The notes: generated by a model not told the origin, from the letters alone. A stretch of 64,000 nt of DNA from Candidatus Nomurabacteria bacterium (GCA_026396015.1 JAPLXP010000003.1:105810-169809); one strand, 5' to 3'. Counted from the first letter of the stretch, positions 9,122-19,998 are shown. Program-made: numbers and translations.

Positions 9122-9943
9122 ATGGATAATAGTTTTTTAAAAAATATTAAAAACATTGAAATAGACTCAAAACACAGGGAACTTCAGGAAAATGTTGAAT
9201 CTTTTTTAACTCTACCAGATAGAATAGGGGCTACTAATGAAGACAAAAATCTCCCAAAAGATTTAGGTAAATTTCTCGTTGAGAGAGATTTTATAAAAGG
9301 GGTTGATGTGTGGCGCGGGAGTTGGGGTTTTAAGTATAATTCAGAAGATAAAAAAATATCTATTGCTGAAAATGAAATGTCTAAAGAAAATTATGATTAT
9401 TATATTTTTAGATTAGGTTTAGGGAATAACGGTGAATCATTGTTCCCAAAGTATGGAATAGAGACAGATCAATATAGATTCCTCCATGAGGCCGGTCACG
9501 CATATCAAAGTTACCTTGTAAAAAATGAATCATCAGTATTAAATATTGATCCAATGTCTTGGTACAATGAGTCTATAAAAGGAGAAGACAATTCAACATT
9601 TTCTATGCTATTTAATTTGTGCTACAAAATAAGATCAGTAAATGAGAATAGAGGTTTGTCTACATGGGGTAATGTCCCAGATTACAATGCAATAGATGGT
9701 AGTTCGAATAGAATAGCGATGAGAGCGCTAGAAGATGCAAATGAATTAGTGGTCATGAAATTGTGGCATCCTAAATACTTGGAAACTTTTCTTGATTATG
9801 TTTCTCTCAAAATTAATGGATGTAATGAGTCAAATTTAGAGAGTGATAGACTGGTTAAACTTGGAGAAAATACTAAAAGTAATATAAAAGAAATAATTGA
9901 TTTGTATATAGAAGAAATGAAGCATGAAATAAATAAAAAATAA
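9122..9943 (+). CDS. Hypothetical protein with HExxH motif (possible zinc metallopeptidase fold)
   Basis: RFLHEAGHAYQ with downstream ALEDANE; ATG 9122 preferred over TTG 9080. Confidence 0.6.
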   Translation: MDNSFLKNIKNIEIDSKHRELQENVESFLTLPDRIGATNEDKNLPKDLGKFLVERDFIKGVDVWRGSWGFKYNSEDKKISIAENEMSKENYDYYIFRLGLGNNGESLFPKYGIETDQYRFLHEAGHAYQSYLVKNESSVLNIDPMSWYNESIKGEDNSTFSMLFNLCYKIRSVNENRGLSTWGNVPDYNAIDGSSNRIAMRALEDANELVVMKLWHPKYLETFLDYVSLKINGCNESNLESDRLVKLGENTKSNIKEIIDLYIEEMKHEINKK

Positions 9944-9944
9944 T

Positions 9945-10820
9945 ATGAACAACAATCCTAATAATGTACGTATAGCGACCGTGCAATGGAAGATGCAATT
10001 GTTTGCTTCTGTAGGTGCGATGCTCGCACATATAGATAATCTGATATTGGAAGCAACTGAAAAGGGTGCAGATTTTATTTTATTCCCAGAACTTTTTACT
10101 ACTCCATTGATTCATCTGATTCCACATACTACAGGCCCCGAGGCTATTATGAAGCTCTCAGAATATACAGACCAATTCGTAAAACATTTTAATGAGCAGG
10201 CTCTCCAAAATAAAATAAATATAATAACCGGTAGTATGCCTATATATGAAGAGGGTATTGTAAAGAATGTAGGATATGTATGTCACCGTGATGGACGAAT
10301 AGAAAAATACGAGAAGCTGCACATCACTCCTGCCGAGGAATCTCTCTGGGGTGTAAAGGGCGGAAATAGTTTGAAAACTTTTGATACTGATATGGGTAAG
10401 ATCGGAGTACTCATCTGCTACGACGTAGAATTCCCCGAGCTAGGTAGATTACTCGCAGAGGGAGGTATGCAGGTATTGTTCGTACCCTTTAATACATACA
10501 ATGTGCATGCATATATGCGAGTACGAATCTGTGCTGCCGCACGTGCAGTAGAGGACGAGTGCTATGTAGTCATTTCTGGTAGTACAGGGGAGATGCGCGA
10601 GGTTGCGAATATGGAGACGAATTATTCTCAGGTTGCTATATTTACTCCGAGTGACAATAATTTCCCGGCAAATGCTATAGCTGTTGAATCAGGATTAAAT
10701 ACAGAGGAATTAATATTCGGTGATGTGGATCTGGCAAAACTCGAACATCTACACAATAGTGGCAGTGTAAAGAATCTAAAAGAACGACGTACTGATTTTT
10801 ATTCACTTAAAAAACTCTAA
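9945..10820 (+). CDS. Carbon-nitrogen hydrolase (nitrilase superfamily)
   Basis: E-K-C triad: FPELF, YEKLHITP, ICYDVEFPE. Confidence 0.93.
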   Translation: MNNNPNNVRIATVQWKMQLFASVGAMLAHIDNLILEATEKGADFILFPELFTTPLIHLIPHTTGPEAIMKLSEYTDQFVKHFNEQALQNKINIITGSMPIYEEGIVKNVGYVCHRDGRIEKYEKLHITPAEESLWGVKGGNSLKTFDTDMGKIGVLICYDVEFPELGRLLAEGGMQVLFVPFNTYNVHAYMRVRICAAARAVEDECYVVISGSTGEMREVANMETNYSQVAIFTPSDNNFPANAIAVESGLNTEELIFGDVDLAKLEHLHNSGSVKNLKERRTDFYSLKKL

Positions 10821-10870
10821 AATTATTTTAGAGTTTTTTATTTTTAAAGTAAGTGTGCGATAATATATTC

Positions 10871-11920
10871 ATGTCTCTTTCACCCTACAAAAAACAAATT
10901 AAAATTCTGGGTATTTTTTCACTAGTTATTATCGTTGTACTCGGTGCGTGGGGGAGTATGTATTCTGGTAAACAAATTCGCGACAAGGATTTGAATAGTC
11001 TATTATTGCGTGTTAAAAATATCGCTTTATTTGTGGATACATCCAAGATCAAGGCTCTGGATGGATCAGATTCAGATTTAGATAAGTCAGAGTACCAGAA
11101 CTTAAAAATAAAGCTTGTTCAGGTTAGGGGTGTAAATGATGATATCAGATTCGTATATCTCATGGGCTTAAAAAATAATCAGCAATTTTTCTATTTAGAT
11201 TCTGAAGATCCTAGTTCTAAAGATTATTCACCTCCAGGACAGGTTTATTCTGAGGCTACAGATACAGATATATATAATCATAAGAATGGGATTGCGTATA
11301 TCAATGGTCCCTATAATGATGAATGGGGGAATTGGATTTCAGCATATGCCCCTGTCATCGACCCAGATACCAATACTACTATTGCTATGGTTGGTATGGA
11401 TGTAAATGCTTCTGAATTCAATTCTCATATTATTTTTACTGAGACTGCAGTTGTCTTAGTATTTCTCTTGATATTTGTTTGTGTATTATTATTTGTTGTC
11501 TTGAATAATAAGATTGATAAATATGTATCAGAGTTGGAAAAAACAAATCAAGATTTACAGATAAATAAAGAATATCTAACAGAGGCAGAACAGATGGCCA
11601 GATTAGGTCAGCTGACCTGGAATGCATCTACTAATGACATATCTATAAATAAAATAATTATGGAGATACTTGGTACTTCTTCAAATAAAATATCCTTGGA
11701 TAAATTTATAAGTTATGTGGATGCTGCTGACTTGGAACGTATTAAAGGTAATTTCTTGAAGATTGACCCTATCACTACGTATATGAATTTTAAATATAAA
11801 ATAAATGGACAAGAAGATAAAAAACATTACATGGTCTCTCTATGTAAAATAAAACGTGATTCAAAAGAAAACATTTCTCATGTTGTGTGTACAGCTCAAG
11901 ATGTCACTGATACTTTTTAA
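10871..11920 (+). CDS. Membrane sensor protein: TM-Cache-like domain-TM-coiled coil-PAS, no output domain
   Basis: IRFVYLM…GPYNDEWGNWISAYAPV…MVGMD, then EAEQMARLGQLTWN…CTAQDVTD PAS-type motifs, then stop. Confidence 0.75.
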   Translation: MSLSPYKKQIKILGIFSLVIIVVLGAWGSMYSGKQIRDKDLNSLLLRVKNIALFVDTSKIKALDGSDSDLDKSEYQNLKIKLVQVRGVNDDIRFVYLMGLKNNQQFFYLDSEDPSSKDYSPPGQVYSEATDTDIYNHKNGIAYINGPYNDEWGNWISAYAPVIDPDTNTTIAMVGMDVNASEFNSHIIFTETAVVLVFLLIFVCVLLFVVLNNKIDKYVSELEKTNQDLQINKEYLTEAEQMARLGQLTWNASTNDISINKIIMEILGTSSNKISLDKFISYVDAADLERIKGNFLKIDPITTYMNFKYKINGQEDKKHYMVSLCKIKRDSKENISHVVCTAQDVTDTF

Positions 11921-12589
11921 CTAGTGGGCAACAGCTATTCCATACACCTCTTTTGCTCCAGCTTTTTTGAGGATTTTTATAATCTCAAATAAGGTGGCAC
12001 CTGTTGTCGTGACATCATCTACTACAAATATAATTCTGTTTTTTACATAAATATTTAAATCTATATTTTTGTTTAGACTAAATGCACCGATCATATTTTT
12101 GAGGCGGATTTTTTTATTGTGAATACGAGCTTGGTGGCCAGTGTCTTTATTTTTGATGACTATATCTGTATGTAATTCAAAAATATTTACACTGAAGCTC
12201 TCTGTAAAGGCACGAGATATATATTCGGCTTGATTGTATCCACGCTCACGGCGACGCTCTTTTGTGAGGGGGACTGGTATTATGATAAATTTCTGACCAT
12301 TGTGTATTTGCCTTAATTCAGATATTTCTTCTTGCATATACCCACCCAACTGTTTTCCTAACATGAACCCCGCAAGCTTTTTATTGTAATATTTAAGATC
12401 CCAAATAGCTTTTTTGATTAATGGATGCTGATAATCAAAACATGCCACAATGTTGTCCAATTTTTCATGATTAGGTTCTGGTATTTTATCAATGCATTCC
12501 TCACAAAGATAGAAGTTTTTTCTTTTGCATCCAATACACTCGAGAGGGAATAAAATATCAACAATAAAGTTGTATATATTTACTAACAT
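11921..12589 (-). CDS. comF: ComF family competence protein
   Basis: CxxC…CxxC N-terminus, IPVPL…RGYNQAE, VDDVTTTGAT PRTase motif. Confidence 0.92.
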   Translation of the reverse strand: MLVNIYNFIVDILFPLECIGCKRKNFYLCEECIDKIPEPNHEKLDNIVACFDYQHPLIKKAIWDLKYYNKKLAGFMLGKQLGGYMQEEISELRQIHNGQKFIIIPVPLTKERRRERGYNQAEYISRAFTESFSVNIFELHTDIVIKNKDTGHQARIHNKKIRLKNMIGAFSLNKNIDLNIYVKNRIIFVVDDVTTTGATLFEIIKILKKAGAKEVYGIAVAH

Positions 12590-12633
12590 ATTCCTTTATT
12601 TTACATTATTTATGATATAATAGTACTCATAAT

Positions 12634-13758
12634 ATGAATATTCCTTTTGGAGATATAATCAAAGACGGCCTAACTTCATTCTTCAAGAAAGAAAGCAATG
12701 AGAGTGTTCTTGGTATAGATATTGGATCATCTTCTATAAAAGTTGTTCAGATCAAGAAAAAAGGAGGCAAGGCAGTCCTTGAGACTTACGGTGCACTATC
12801 ACTAGGTCCATACATGCAGTCTGATATCGGTCAGGTTGTGAATGCTCCGGTGGATGTGATAGCTTCAGCACTTGTTGATGTCATCAAAGAAGCAAATGTT
12901 ACTACAAATTATAGTGCGGCGGCTATACCATCATTGTCTAGTTTTATGTCTGTAATTACCTTGCCGTCTGGGGTATCAAAAGAAAATTTTGCAGAGATCA
13001 TACCAAATGAAGCTCGTAAATATATTCCAATACCTATGTCTGAGGTTTCTTTGGATTGGTGGCCAATACCTAGGCAAGTAGAGTCCTATGAAGAGAGCGA
13101 GGTGGGTGTAGTCCAACCAGAAGTTAAGACTGAAGTTTTATTGGTAGCCATACACAATGATACTCTTTCTAAATATCAAGATATCTTGAATAAAGTTGGA
13201 TTAAATACTAATTTTTTTGAGCTTGAAATATTTAGTTCTATTCGTTCTACTTTTTCTCACGATCTGGCCCCAGTCTTGTTTATCGACTTTGGTGCATCTA
13301 AGACAAAGCTTTCTATCGTTGAATACGGTATTATCCGGGTATTTCATATTGTGAATCGTGGAGGTGCAGATATTTCTAAGAATATTTCACAAGCGATGTC
13401 TATTTCATTTAAAGATGCTGAAAAATTAAAGAGGGAGATAGGTCTAGATAAATCAGCAAATGTTGATGCTGCAGAGATAGTTTCATTGTCTATAGAGTAT
13501 ATGCTTTCTGATGCAAATAATGTTGTACTTGCTTATGAAAAGAAGTATAATAAAAATATCAGTAAGGTTATTCTATCAGGTGGCGGAGCACTTACAAAAG
13601 GATTGTTTAATCGCGCAAAAGAAAATTTTCGTGCCGAGGTTATTTATGGAGATCCTTTTTCAAAAACAGAAGCACCAGCATTTTTAACTCCAGTATTAGA
13701 AGTAAGTGGTCCAGAATTTGCAGCAGCAGTGGGTATTGCCTTAAGGCAACTTTCATAA
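12634..13758 (+). CDS. pilM: Type IV pilus assembly protein PilM
   Basis: LGIDIGSSSIKVV, IDFGASKT, ILSGGGA, AAVGIALR actin-like fold. Confidence 0.93.
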   Translation: MNIPFGDIIKDGLTSFFKKESNESVLGIDIGSSSIKVVQIKKKGGKAVLETYGALSLGPYMQSDIGQVVNAPVDVIASALVDVIKEANVTTNYSAAAIPSLSSFMSVITLPSGVSKENFAEIIPNEARKYIPIPMSEVSLDWWPIPRQVESYEESEVGVVQPEVKTEVLLVAIHNDTLSKYQDILNKVGLNTNFFELEIFSSIRSTFSHDLAPVLFIDFGASKTKLSIVEYGIIRVFHIVNRGGADISKNISQAMSISFKDAEKLKREIGLDKSANVDAAEIVSLSIEYMLSDANNVVLAYEKKYNKNISKVILSGGGALTKGLFNRAKENFRAEVIYGDPFSKTEAPAFLTPVLEVSGPEFAAAVGIALRQLS

Positions 13759-13761
13759 CAT

Positions 13762-14520
13762 ATGGACAAATCTTTTCAAACATCATTTATTCCCAAGAAA
13801 CCATTACTACAAGAAAGCTATGTAAAATCAGAGCCGATGAGTTTTTTTTCATTTATTGCAGGTGTTTTGTTTGTAGGATCACTTCTTTGTTTTGGGGGAC
13901 TTTATCTGTATAAGAGTTTTTTATTGAATCAAAAAAGTGTTTTAGAAAAATCTTTACTGTCATCACGTGATAGCTTTGAACCAGAAACAATAAAAGTTTT
14001 AGAACTTTTTGATTTAAAAACAAATATATCTAAACAGTTATTATCCAGTCATACTGTAATTTCTCCTTTCTTTAATACCTTATCATCTTTAACTATTCCT
14101 TCTGTTCAATACACAAAGTTTGGCATAGACGTTTCAGAAAAGGGAGCATCTGTTACTATGACTGGTGTTGCTTTGGATTATCAATATATTGCTCTTCAAG
14201 CTCAGACATTTAATAATGCAAAAGGATCCTATTTTAAGAATGTTATTTTTTCTGATCTAGTTTTAAAAGATAAAAAGAGCGGAAATGTTTCTTTTAAAAT
14301 ATCTTTTGATGTCGATCCTGCATTGTTATCCTACGAAAGATCTGTCTCTAGTCCAGAAAGTGCTCAGCCTGCAGTAAATAATGTCATTCCAGCAAAAGAT
14401 GTACCCAGCACTGATGTTGTCGCTCCTGTGTCACAGGATATAAAGATAGACAATTCTCAGCCAAAAACTGTACCACCGAGTGTACAAGGACAATCATTAA
14501 TTATTCCTAAAAAACCATAA
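13762..14520 (+). CDS. PilN-like pilus alignment protein
   Basis: TSFIPKKP N-terminus, single TM, coiled coil, position after pilM. Confidence 0.7.
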   Translation: MDKSFQTSFIPKKPLLQESYVKSEPMSFFSFIAGVLFVGSLLCFGGLYLYKSFLLNQKSVLEKSLLSSRDSFEPETIKVLELFDLKTNISKQLLSSHTVISPFFNTLSSLTIPSVQYTKFGIDVSEKGASVTMTGVALDYQYIALQAQTFNNAKGSYFKNVIFSDLVLKDKKSGNVSFKISFDVDPALLSYERSVSSPESAQPAVNNVIPAKDVPSTDVVAPVSQDIKIDNSQPKTVPPSVQGQSLIIPKKP

Positions 14521-14521
14521 T

Positions 14522-15145
14522 ATGAGAAATATAACATCGATTATTTTTATAGTTATATCATTAGGTGTATTTATTGTTCTTGTTAGTCCTCTGTATTCTA
14601 ATGTTAAAAAGATTAAATCTGATATTGTTGTTTACAATACTGCTCTTTCTAATGCAACAAATCTACAGAAAACTAGAGATTCTCTTTTGAATAACTACAA
14701 AAGTATAAGTCAGTCTGATGCCGAGCGTTTGAATCACTTTATTCCTAATACGGTTGATAATATACAGCTAATTCTCCAGATTCAAAAAATTGCTAAAAAA
14801 TATTCATTAGTTTTGAAAAACATTAAATTTGATTCACCTTCATTGGATAAAAATAATCAAAACCAGCAACAGAAGACTGTCGCTATATCTGGGTCAAAAG
14901 ATGGACTACCCTATGGTATTTTTAATTTAGAATTTTCAGTAGATGCACGCTATGGTGATTTTAACTCTTTCCTTAAAGATCTTGAATACAATATACGCCT
15001 GTTGAATATTAAAAATATTTCATTTACTGTACCAAATCAGTCAGACAAGAGCGTAAAGCCCTATGATCCAAATTCACCCTTTGAGTCAAATGATCCTAGT
15101 ATATATACTTATTCATTAAAAATTGAGACATATTGGCTTAAATAA
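14522..15145 (+). CDS. pilO: PilO-like pilus alignment protein
   Basis: TM + coiled coil, YGDFNSFLKDLEYNIRLLNI, ETYWLK end. Confidence 0.8.
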   Translation: MRNITSIIFIVISLGVFIVLVSPLYSNVKKIKSDIVVYNTALSNATNLQKTRDSLLNNYKSISQSDAERLNHFIPNTVDNIQLILQIQKIAKKYSLVLKNIKFDSPSLDKNNQNQQQKTVAISGSKDGLPYGIFNLEFSVDARYGDFNSFLKDLEYNIRLLNIKNISFTVPNQSDKSVKPYDPNSPFESNDPSIYTYSLKIETYWLK

Positions 15146-15150
15146 ATATT

Positions 15151-15531
15151 ATGAGTAAAATTATTAAAATTATATTGATTGTAGCAGTGATAGCTCTTTT
15201 GGGTTTTGTATCTTTTTATTTTATCAACCAAAAGTCAGATACTTCTTCTGGTGATACTCCTAGTGTAGAAACCGCATCTTCTACTTCATTTATTTCAACT
15301 CTATTATCATTGAATAAAATTAAAATAGATCCAACTCTTTTTAAAAATCCTTTTTTCTTAAAATTGCAGGATAATACTGTTTCTGTAAAGAATGAGAGTG
15401 GGGTAGTGGGTCGAACCAATCCTTTTGCTCAAATCGAGGTTCAGTCTACTTCTAGTTCAGAGATATTGTTACCTCAAATAAATACAAATTTAAATGTTGA
15501 GTCAAAAAATATTAACCCAGCAGTTAATTAA
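15151..15531 (+). CDS. Pilus-locus membrane-anchored protein (PilP position)
   Basis: N-terminal TM, GRTNPF motif, operon position. Confidence 0.6.
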   Translation: MSKIIKIILIVAVIALLGFVSFYFINQKSDTSSGDTPSVETASSTSFISTLLSLNKIKIDPTLFKNPFFLKLQDNTVSVKNESGVVGRTNPFAQIEVQSTSSSEILLPQINTNLNVESKNINPAVN

Positions 15532-15534
15532 TCT

Positions 15535-17271
15535 ATGTTGTTTTTAAATGAATTATTGAAGAGGGGTTTATTGACGGAAAATCAAATTTCTGAAGTTCTT
15601 TCTGTCGCCAATGATAAATATGGAGGAGTTATTGATTTAGCTCTTTTGGATTTTAAAATAAGTGAAGATGTGATTCTTGACATAAAGGGCTCTTTTTACA
15701 ATATTCCTATAAAGAAAATTGATCCAAAATCTGTAAAACCATCCACTTTAAAATACATTCAAATAGAAACTGTTAAAAATTATGGTTTTGTACCTATTGG
15801 TCTTTCTGATGATGTTTTAGAGGTTGGGCTCGTTGATCCTGAAAATATCCATGCCATGGATGCATTGCAATTCATATCTACGCAAATAAATAAACCATAT
15901 AAAATTTTTCTTATTGGTTATTCTGTTTTTAATCAATTGATTGATATGTACCAAAACCTCGGCAATGAGGTTGACCAGGCACTTTCTGAATTAGATTCTG
16001 AAATATCAAATGTGACAGGGGATGGTGGTGTATCTATTGAGAATATAAAAAAACAAGACGATCTAAAACCCGGAGAAGAAGAAAAAATAGTTGAGGATGC
16101 TCCTATTATAAAAATTGTAGCTGTTATTCTTCGTCATGCGACAGAGGGTAATGCTTCAGATATACATATTGAAAATAGTGGAGATAAAGTAAAAGTAAGA
16201 TTCCGTGTTGATGGTGTGCTCCACACTTCACTCATATTGCCATTAAATGTATATAGTGGGGTTGTTGCTCGCATAAAAATTTTATCTAAATTAAGACTTG
16301 ATGAAAAGAGAAAGCCTCAAGATGGTGGATTTTCTGCTAAAATTGAGGGTAGAAAGATTGATTTTCGTGTATCTACAATGCCGTCCTACTATGGAGAAAA
16401 AGTTGTTATGCGTATCCTTGATCCTGAAAAGAGTGTCCACAAATTGGACAATATTGGTCTTACTGAAGAAAATCTAAAACTGGTGCGTGATGCACTCAGC
16501 AAGCCTTATGGCTTAATTCTCATTACTGGTCCTACTGGTTCAGGTAAGAGTACTACTCTGTATTCAATGCTCACAGAACTTGATTCAGAGGAAGACAATA
16601 TTGTATCACTCGAAGACCCTGTAGAATATCATATTCCTGGAGTAAACCAATCTCAGGTTATGCCAGAGATAGGGTATACATTTGCTTCGGGCTTGCGTTC
16701 TATTCTTCGTCAGGACCCAGATATCATAATGGTGGGAGAGATTCGTGACAAAGAGACTGCCCAGCTAGCCATCCAGGCAGCATTGACTGGTCACCTTGTG
16801 TTTTCTACTTTGCACACCAATAATTCAGTTGGGGCTATCCCTCGTCTTATAGATATGGGGGTTGATCCTTATCTTATCGCCCCCACTCTAATATTGACTA
16901 TTGCTCAGCGTCTAGCACGCAGAATTCACCCTTCATCACGTCACAAAATACAGATGGATGAATCTACGAAAGAAATGATAAACAAACAATTTGCAGATTT
17001 ACCAGAAGAACAGAGATCAAAATTGCCAATTGGGGATACTATTTACGAGAGTGTATCTTCTTCGGAATGTGCATCTGGCCTACAGGGCCGTGTGCCAGTA
17101 TTTGAGATGTATGCCGTGGATAAAGAAATGCAAAGAGTTATTCTAAAAAACCCTACAGAAGATGATATATATAAATTGGCTCGCTCAAAAGGAATGCTTA
17201 CAATGAAAGAGGACGCAATATTAAAGAATTTGAAGGGAGAATTGCCATTTCAGGAGGTTTACAATCTGTAA
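15535..17271 (+). CDS. pilB: Type IV pilus assembly ATPase PilB/GspE
   Basis: ASDIHIE, RFRVDGVL, GPTGSGKSTT, LRQDPDIIMVGEIRD, TGHLVFSTLHTN. Confidence 0.95.
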   Translation: MLFLNELLKRGLLTENQISEVLSVANDKYGGVIDLALLDFKISEDVILDIKGSFYNIPIKKIDPKSVKPSTLKYIQIETVKNYGFVPIGLSDDVLEVGLVDPENIHAMDALQFISTQINKPYKIFLIGYSVFNQLIDMYQNLGNEVDQALSELDSEISNVTGDGGVSIENIKKQDDLKPGEEEKIVEDAPIIKIVAVILRHATEGNASDIHIENSGDKVKVRFRVDGVLHTSLILPLNVYSGVVARIKILSKLRLDEKRKPQDGGFSAKIEGRKIDFRVSTMPSYYGEKVVMRILDPEKSVHKLDNIGLTEENLKLVRDALSKPYGLILITGPTGSGKSTTLYSMLTELDSEEDNIVSLEDPVEYHIPGVNQSQVMPEIGYTFASGLRSILRQDPDIIMVGEIRDKETAQLAIQAALTGHLVFSTLHTNNSVGAIPRLIDMGVDPYLIAPTLILTIAQRLARRIHPSSRHKIQMDESTKEMINKQFADLPEEQRSKLPIGDTIYESVSSSECASGLQGRVPVFEMYAVDKEMQRVILKNPTEDDIYKLARSKGMLTMKEDAILKNLKGELPFQEVYNL

Positions 17272-17350
17272 TTCTAAGATTCATTTCACATCCTTGTTTA
17301 GTAGTGCAGGCCTAGGCAAAAAATTAGTAGTGTAATATAATTAATATATT

Positions 17351-17734
17351 ATGGAAACAAAGAAAAAAATTTTAATTGTTGACGACGACGTTTTTCTTTT
17401 AGATATGTATGCTTTAAAATTTAGTCAATCAAATTTTGACGTTATTACTGCTCTTGGACCAGAGGTTGCTTTAGAAAAAGTAAAAGACGGACTTAATCCT
17501 GATGTTATGATTTTGGATATCATAATGCCAGTCATGGATGGATTTGAATTTTTGGAAAAGATTAATGAAGAGCAGTTGATGAAAGATACAATAAAAATAT
17601 TATTATCTAATCGTGGTCAACAGTCAGATATTGCCAGAGGGGAAGCGTTGGGTGCATCTGGATATATAGTCAAAGCCTCAAATACTCCATCTGAAGTTGT
17701 TCAAAAAGTTGTAGATATTATTAATAAAAAATAA
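17351..17734 (+). CDS. Single-domain response regulator in the pil operon
   Basis: ILIVDDD, ILDIIMPVMDG, YIVK. Confidence 0.92.
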   Translation: METKKKILIVDDDVFLLDMYALKFSQSNFDVITALGPEVALEKVKDGLNPDVMILDIIMPVMDGFEFLEKINEEQLMKDTIKILLSNRGQQSDIARGEALGASGYIVKASNTPSEVVQKVVDIINKK

Positions 17735-17738
17735 AAAA

Positions 17739-18794
17739 ATGGAAAAAAAGGCTGGAATTGAGGATTTTATCACAACATTGATTCGCGAGGGGGGGTCAGA
17801 TCTTCACCTTGCAGCAGGGAGAAAGCCCGCTATTCGTGTTAGTGGTGATTTGTTGTTTTTGGTGAATCAAGATGAAATATCTTCCGACCAAATGGTTGAT
17901 TTTTTGAATACTTTACTCGGTAATGATCGATATGAATCTTTTTTGAAGAAAAAAGAATTTGATTTTTCTTATAGTTTCAATGGTTCACGTCTCCGCGGGA
18001 ATGCTTTTTTTCAGAGAGGTCTAGCTTGTCTGTCCTTGCGTCTTATTCCAAAATCAAAACCAATATCTGAATTGCACCTCCCTACAATACTAGAGAATTT
18101 TTCCCGTAGAAAGCAGGGGTTCTTTCTCGTAGTGGGACCTGTAGGTCAAGGAAAATCTACAACCCTTTCTTCTATGGTTGATTTGATTAATCAGGAGCGA
18201 ACTGCACATATTGTGACAATCGAAGATCCAATAGAATTTATATATGAACCAAATAAATCAATCATTGATCAGCGTGAAGTAGGAATAGACACAGATGATT
18301 TTCCTGTAGCACTCAAGGCTGCACTCCGCGAAGATGTGAATGTGCTATTGATAGGGGAGATGCGTGACCCAGAGACTATATCTGCCGCTGTGACTGCTGC
18401 TGAGACTGGGCACCTTGTATTCTCTACACTACATACAAACAATGCTTCACAGACTATCGACCGTATTATCGACTCATTTCCACAAGGACAACAAGATCAG
18501 ATTCGCATACAATTGGCAGCTAGTTTGATCGGAATTTTTTCTCAGAGATTGATCCCTCGTATTGCAGGTGGCAGAGTACCAGCATATGAACTATTGATAA
18601 ATAATAATGCAGTTTCTAATTTGATCCGTGAAAGGAGAACCCACGAGATAGATATAGTCATAGAGACCAGTTTTGAGCAGGGGATGATAGATATGAATCG
18701 TTCACTCATCGAGCTAGTCCAGCAGGGCGAGATTTCTATGGACACAGCTTATCAGTATTCTTTTAATCCAAAAGCTCTAGAACAGCTCATGTAA
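17739..18794 (+). CDS. pilT: Retraction ATPase PilT
   Basis: SDLHL, GPVGQGKSTT, TIEDPIE, AALRED, AAETGHLVFSTLHT, NLIRE. Confidence 0.95.
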   Translation: MEKKAGIEDFITTLIREGGSDLHLAAGRKPAIRVSGDLLFLVNQDEISSDQMVDFLNTLLGNDRYESFLKKKEFDFSYSFNGSRLRGNAFFQRGLACLSLRLIPKSKPISELHLPTILENFSRRKQGFFLVVGPVGQGKSTTLSSMVDLINQERTAHIVTIEDPIEFIYEPNKSIIDQREVGIDTDDFPVALKAALREDVNVLLIGEMRDPETISAAVTAAETGHLVFSTLHTNNASQTIDRIIDSFPQGQQDQIRIQLAASLIGIFSQRLIPRIAGGRVPAYELLINNNAVSNLIRERRTHEIDIVIETSFEQGMIDMNRSLIELVQQGEISMDTAYQYSFNPKALEQLM

Positions 18795-18795
18795 T

Positions 18796-19998
18796 ATGTT
18801 ATTTACCTACAAAGCTATAACCAATACAAATGAAAAAAAAGAAGGCTCTGTGGAGGCTCTTTCTCGAGATACTGCTATCACTGCATTGCAGCGACGTGGA
18901 CTCATTGTCATATCTATCGAGGAATCAGGCAAGCCTAAAAATTTTCTAGAGATTAGGTTGTTTGATAATGTGCCCATGAAAGATATCGTGATAATGTCAC
19001 GTCAGATTTCAACATTGTTCGAGGCGAGTGTATCAGCATTAAAGGCCTTCAGTCTTCTCGCTGGAAATACTCAAAATCACAAATTGTCTGGTATTTTAAA
19101 TAATATCTGTGAAGATATTCAGGCGGGTACATCTATCAATGCTGCTATGGCAAAGCACCCCGATGTATTTTCTGAATTCTATACAAACATGGTCAAGGCC
19201 GGAGAGGAATCAGGTAAGATGACACAGACATTCACATACCTGGCTGACTATTTAGAACGTCAGTATCAGCTCACATCCAAGACAAAGAATGCATTGATAT
19301 ACCCAGCATTCGTCATCGGTGTATTCTTTTTAGTTATGATCTTGATGTTTACATTTATCGTCCCAAAGCTGACAGCTATGATCAAGGATTCAGGGCAGGC
19401 GATACCACCATTCACAAAAGTCATCATGGGGATCAGTGATTTGTTCGTAAGCTATGGAATCTTCATGTTGATATTTTTTGCTATAGGTGTATTTTTGCTT
19501 TATCGTTTTATGACGACAGAAAAAGGTAAATACTATATGGATAATCTGAAGATTTCTGTGCCTGTAGTAAAGAATATTTACCAAAAATTGTACCTATCTC
19601 GTATGGCAGACAATATGGATACGATGCTATCCTCTGGTATCCCTATTGTGCGGTCTATCGAGTTGACTGCTGCTGTGGTGGGGAATCGTGTGTATGCAGA
19701 AATTCTAAAAAATACTACTGAGATGGTAAAGTCTGGTAGCTCGCTATCCGAAGCTTTTGCAAAGCATGAGGAGATACCAGCAATCATGACTCAGATGATA
19801 CGTGTGGGGGAGGAGACTGGATCCCTGGGTAATATTCTCAAAACCCTAGGTCACTTTTACAATCGTGAGGTGCAGGACGCCGTAGATACTATGGTGGGAT
19901 TGATCGAGCCTATCATGATTGTGGGTCTAGGTTTAGGTGTGGGGATCCTTCTATCTGCTATTTTGATGCCTATATACAACATTGCAGGGGGTATGTAA
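18796..19998 (+). CDS. pilC: Type IV pilus platform protein PilC (GspF family)
   Basis: Two GspF domains: MVKAGEESG…ALIYP, MIRVGEETG…LIEP. Confidence 0.95.
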   Translation: MLFTYKAITNTNEKKEGSVEALSRDTAITALQRRGLIVISIEESGKPKNFLEIRLFDNVPMKDIVIMSRQISTLFEASVSALKAFSLLAGNTQNHKLSGILNNICEDIQAGTSINAAMAKHPDVFSEFYTNMVKAGEESGKMTQTFTYLADYLERQYQLTSKTKNALIYPAFVIGVFFLVMILMFTFIVPKLTAMIKDSGQAIPPFTKVIMGISDLFVSYGIFMLIFFAIGVFLLYRFMTTEKGKYYMDNLKISVPVVKNIYQKLYLSRMADNMDTMLSSGIPIVRSIELTAAVVGNRVYAEILKNTTEMVKSGSSLSEAFAKHEEIPAIMTQMIRVGEETGSLGNILKTLGHFYNREVQDAVDTMVGLIEPIMIVGLGLGVGILLSAILMPIYNIAGGM

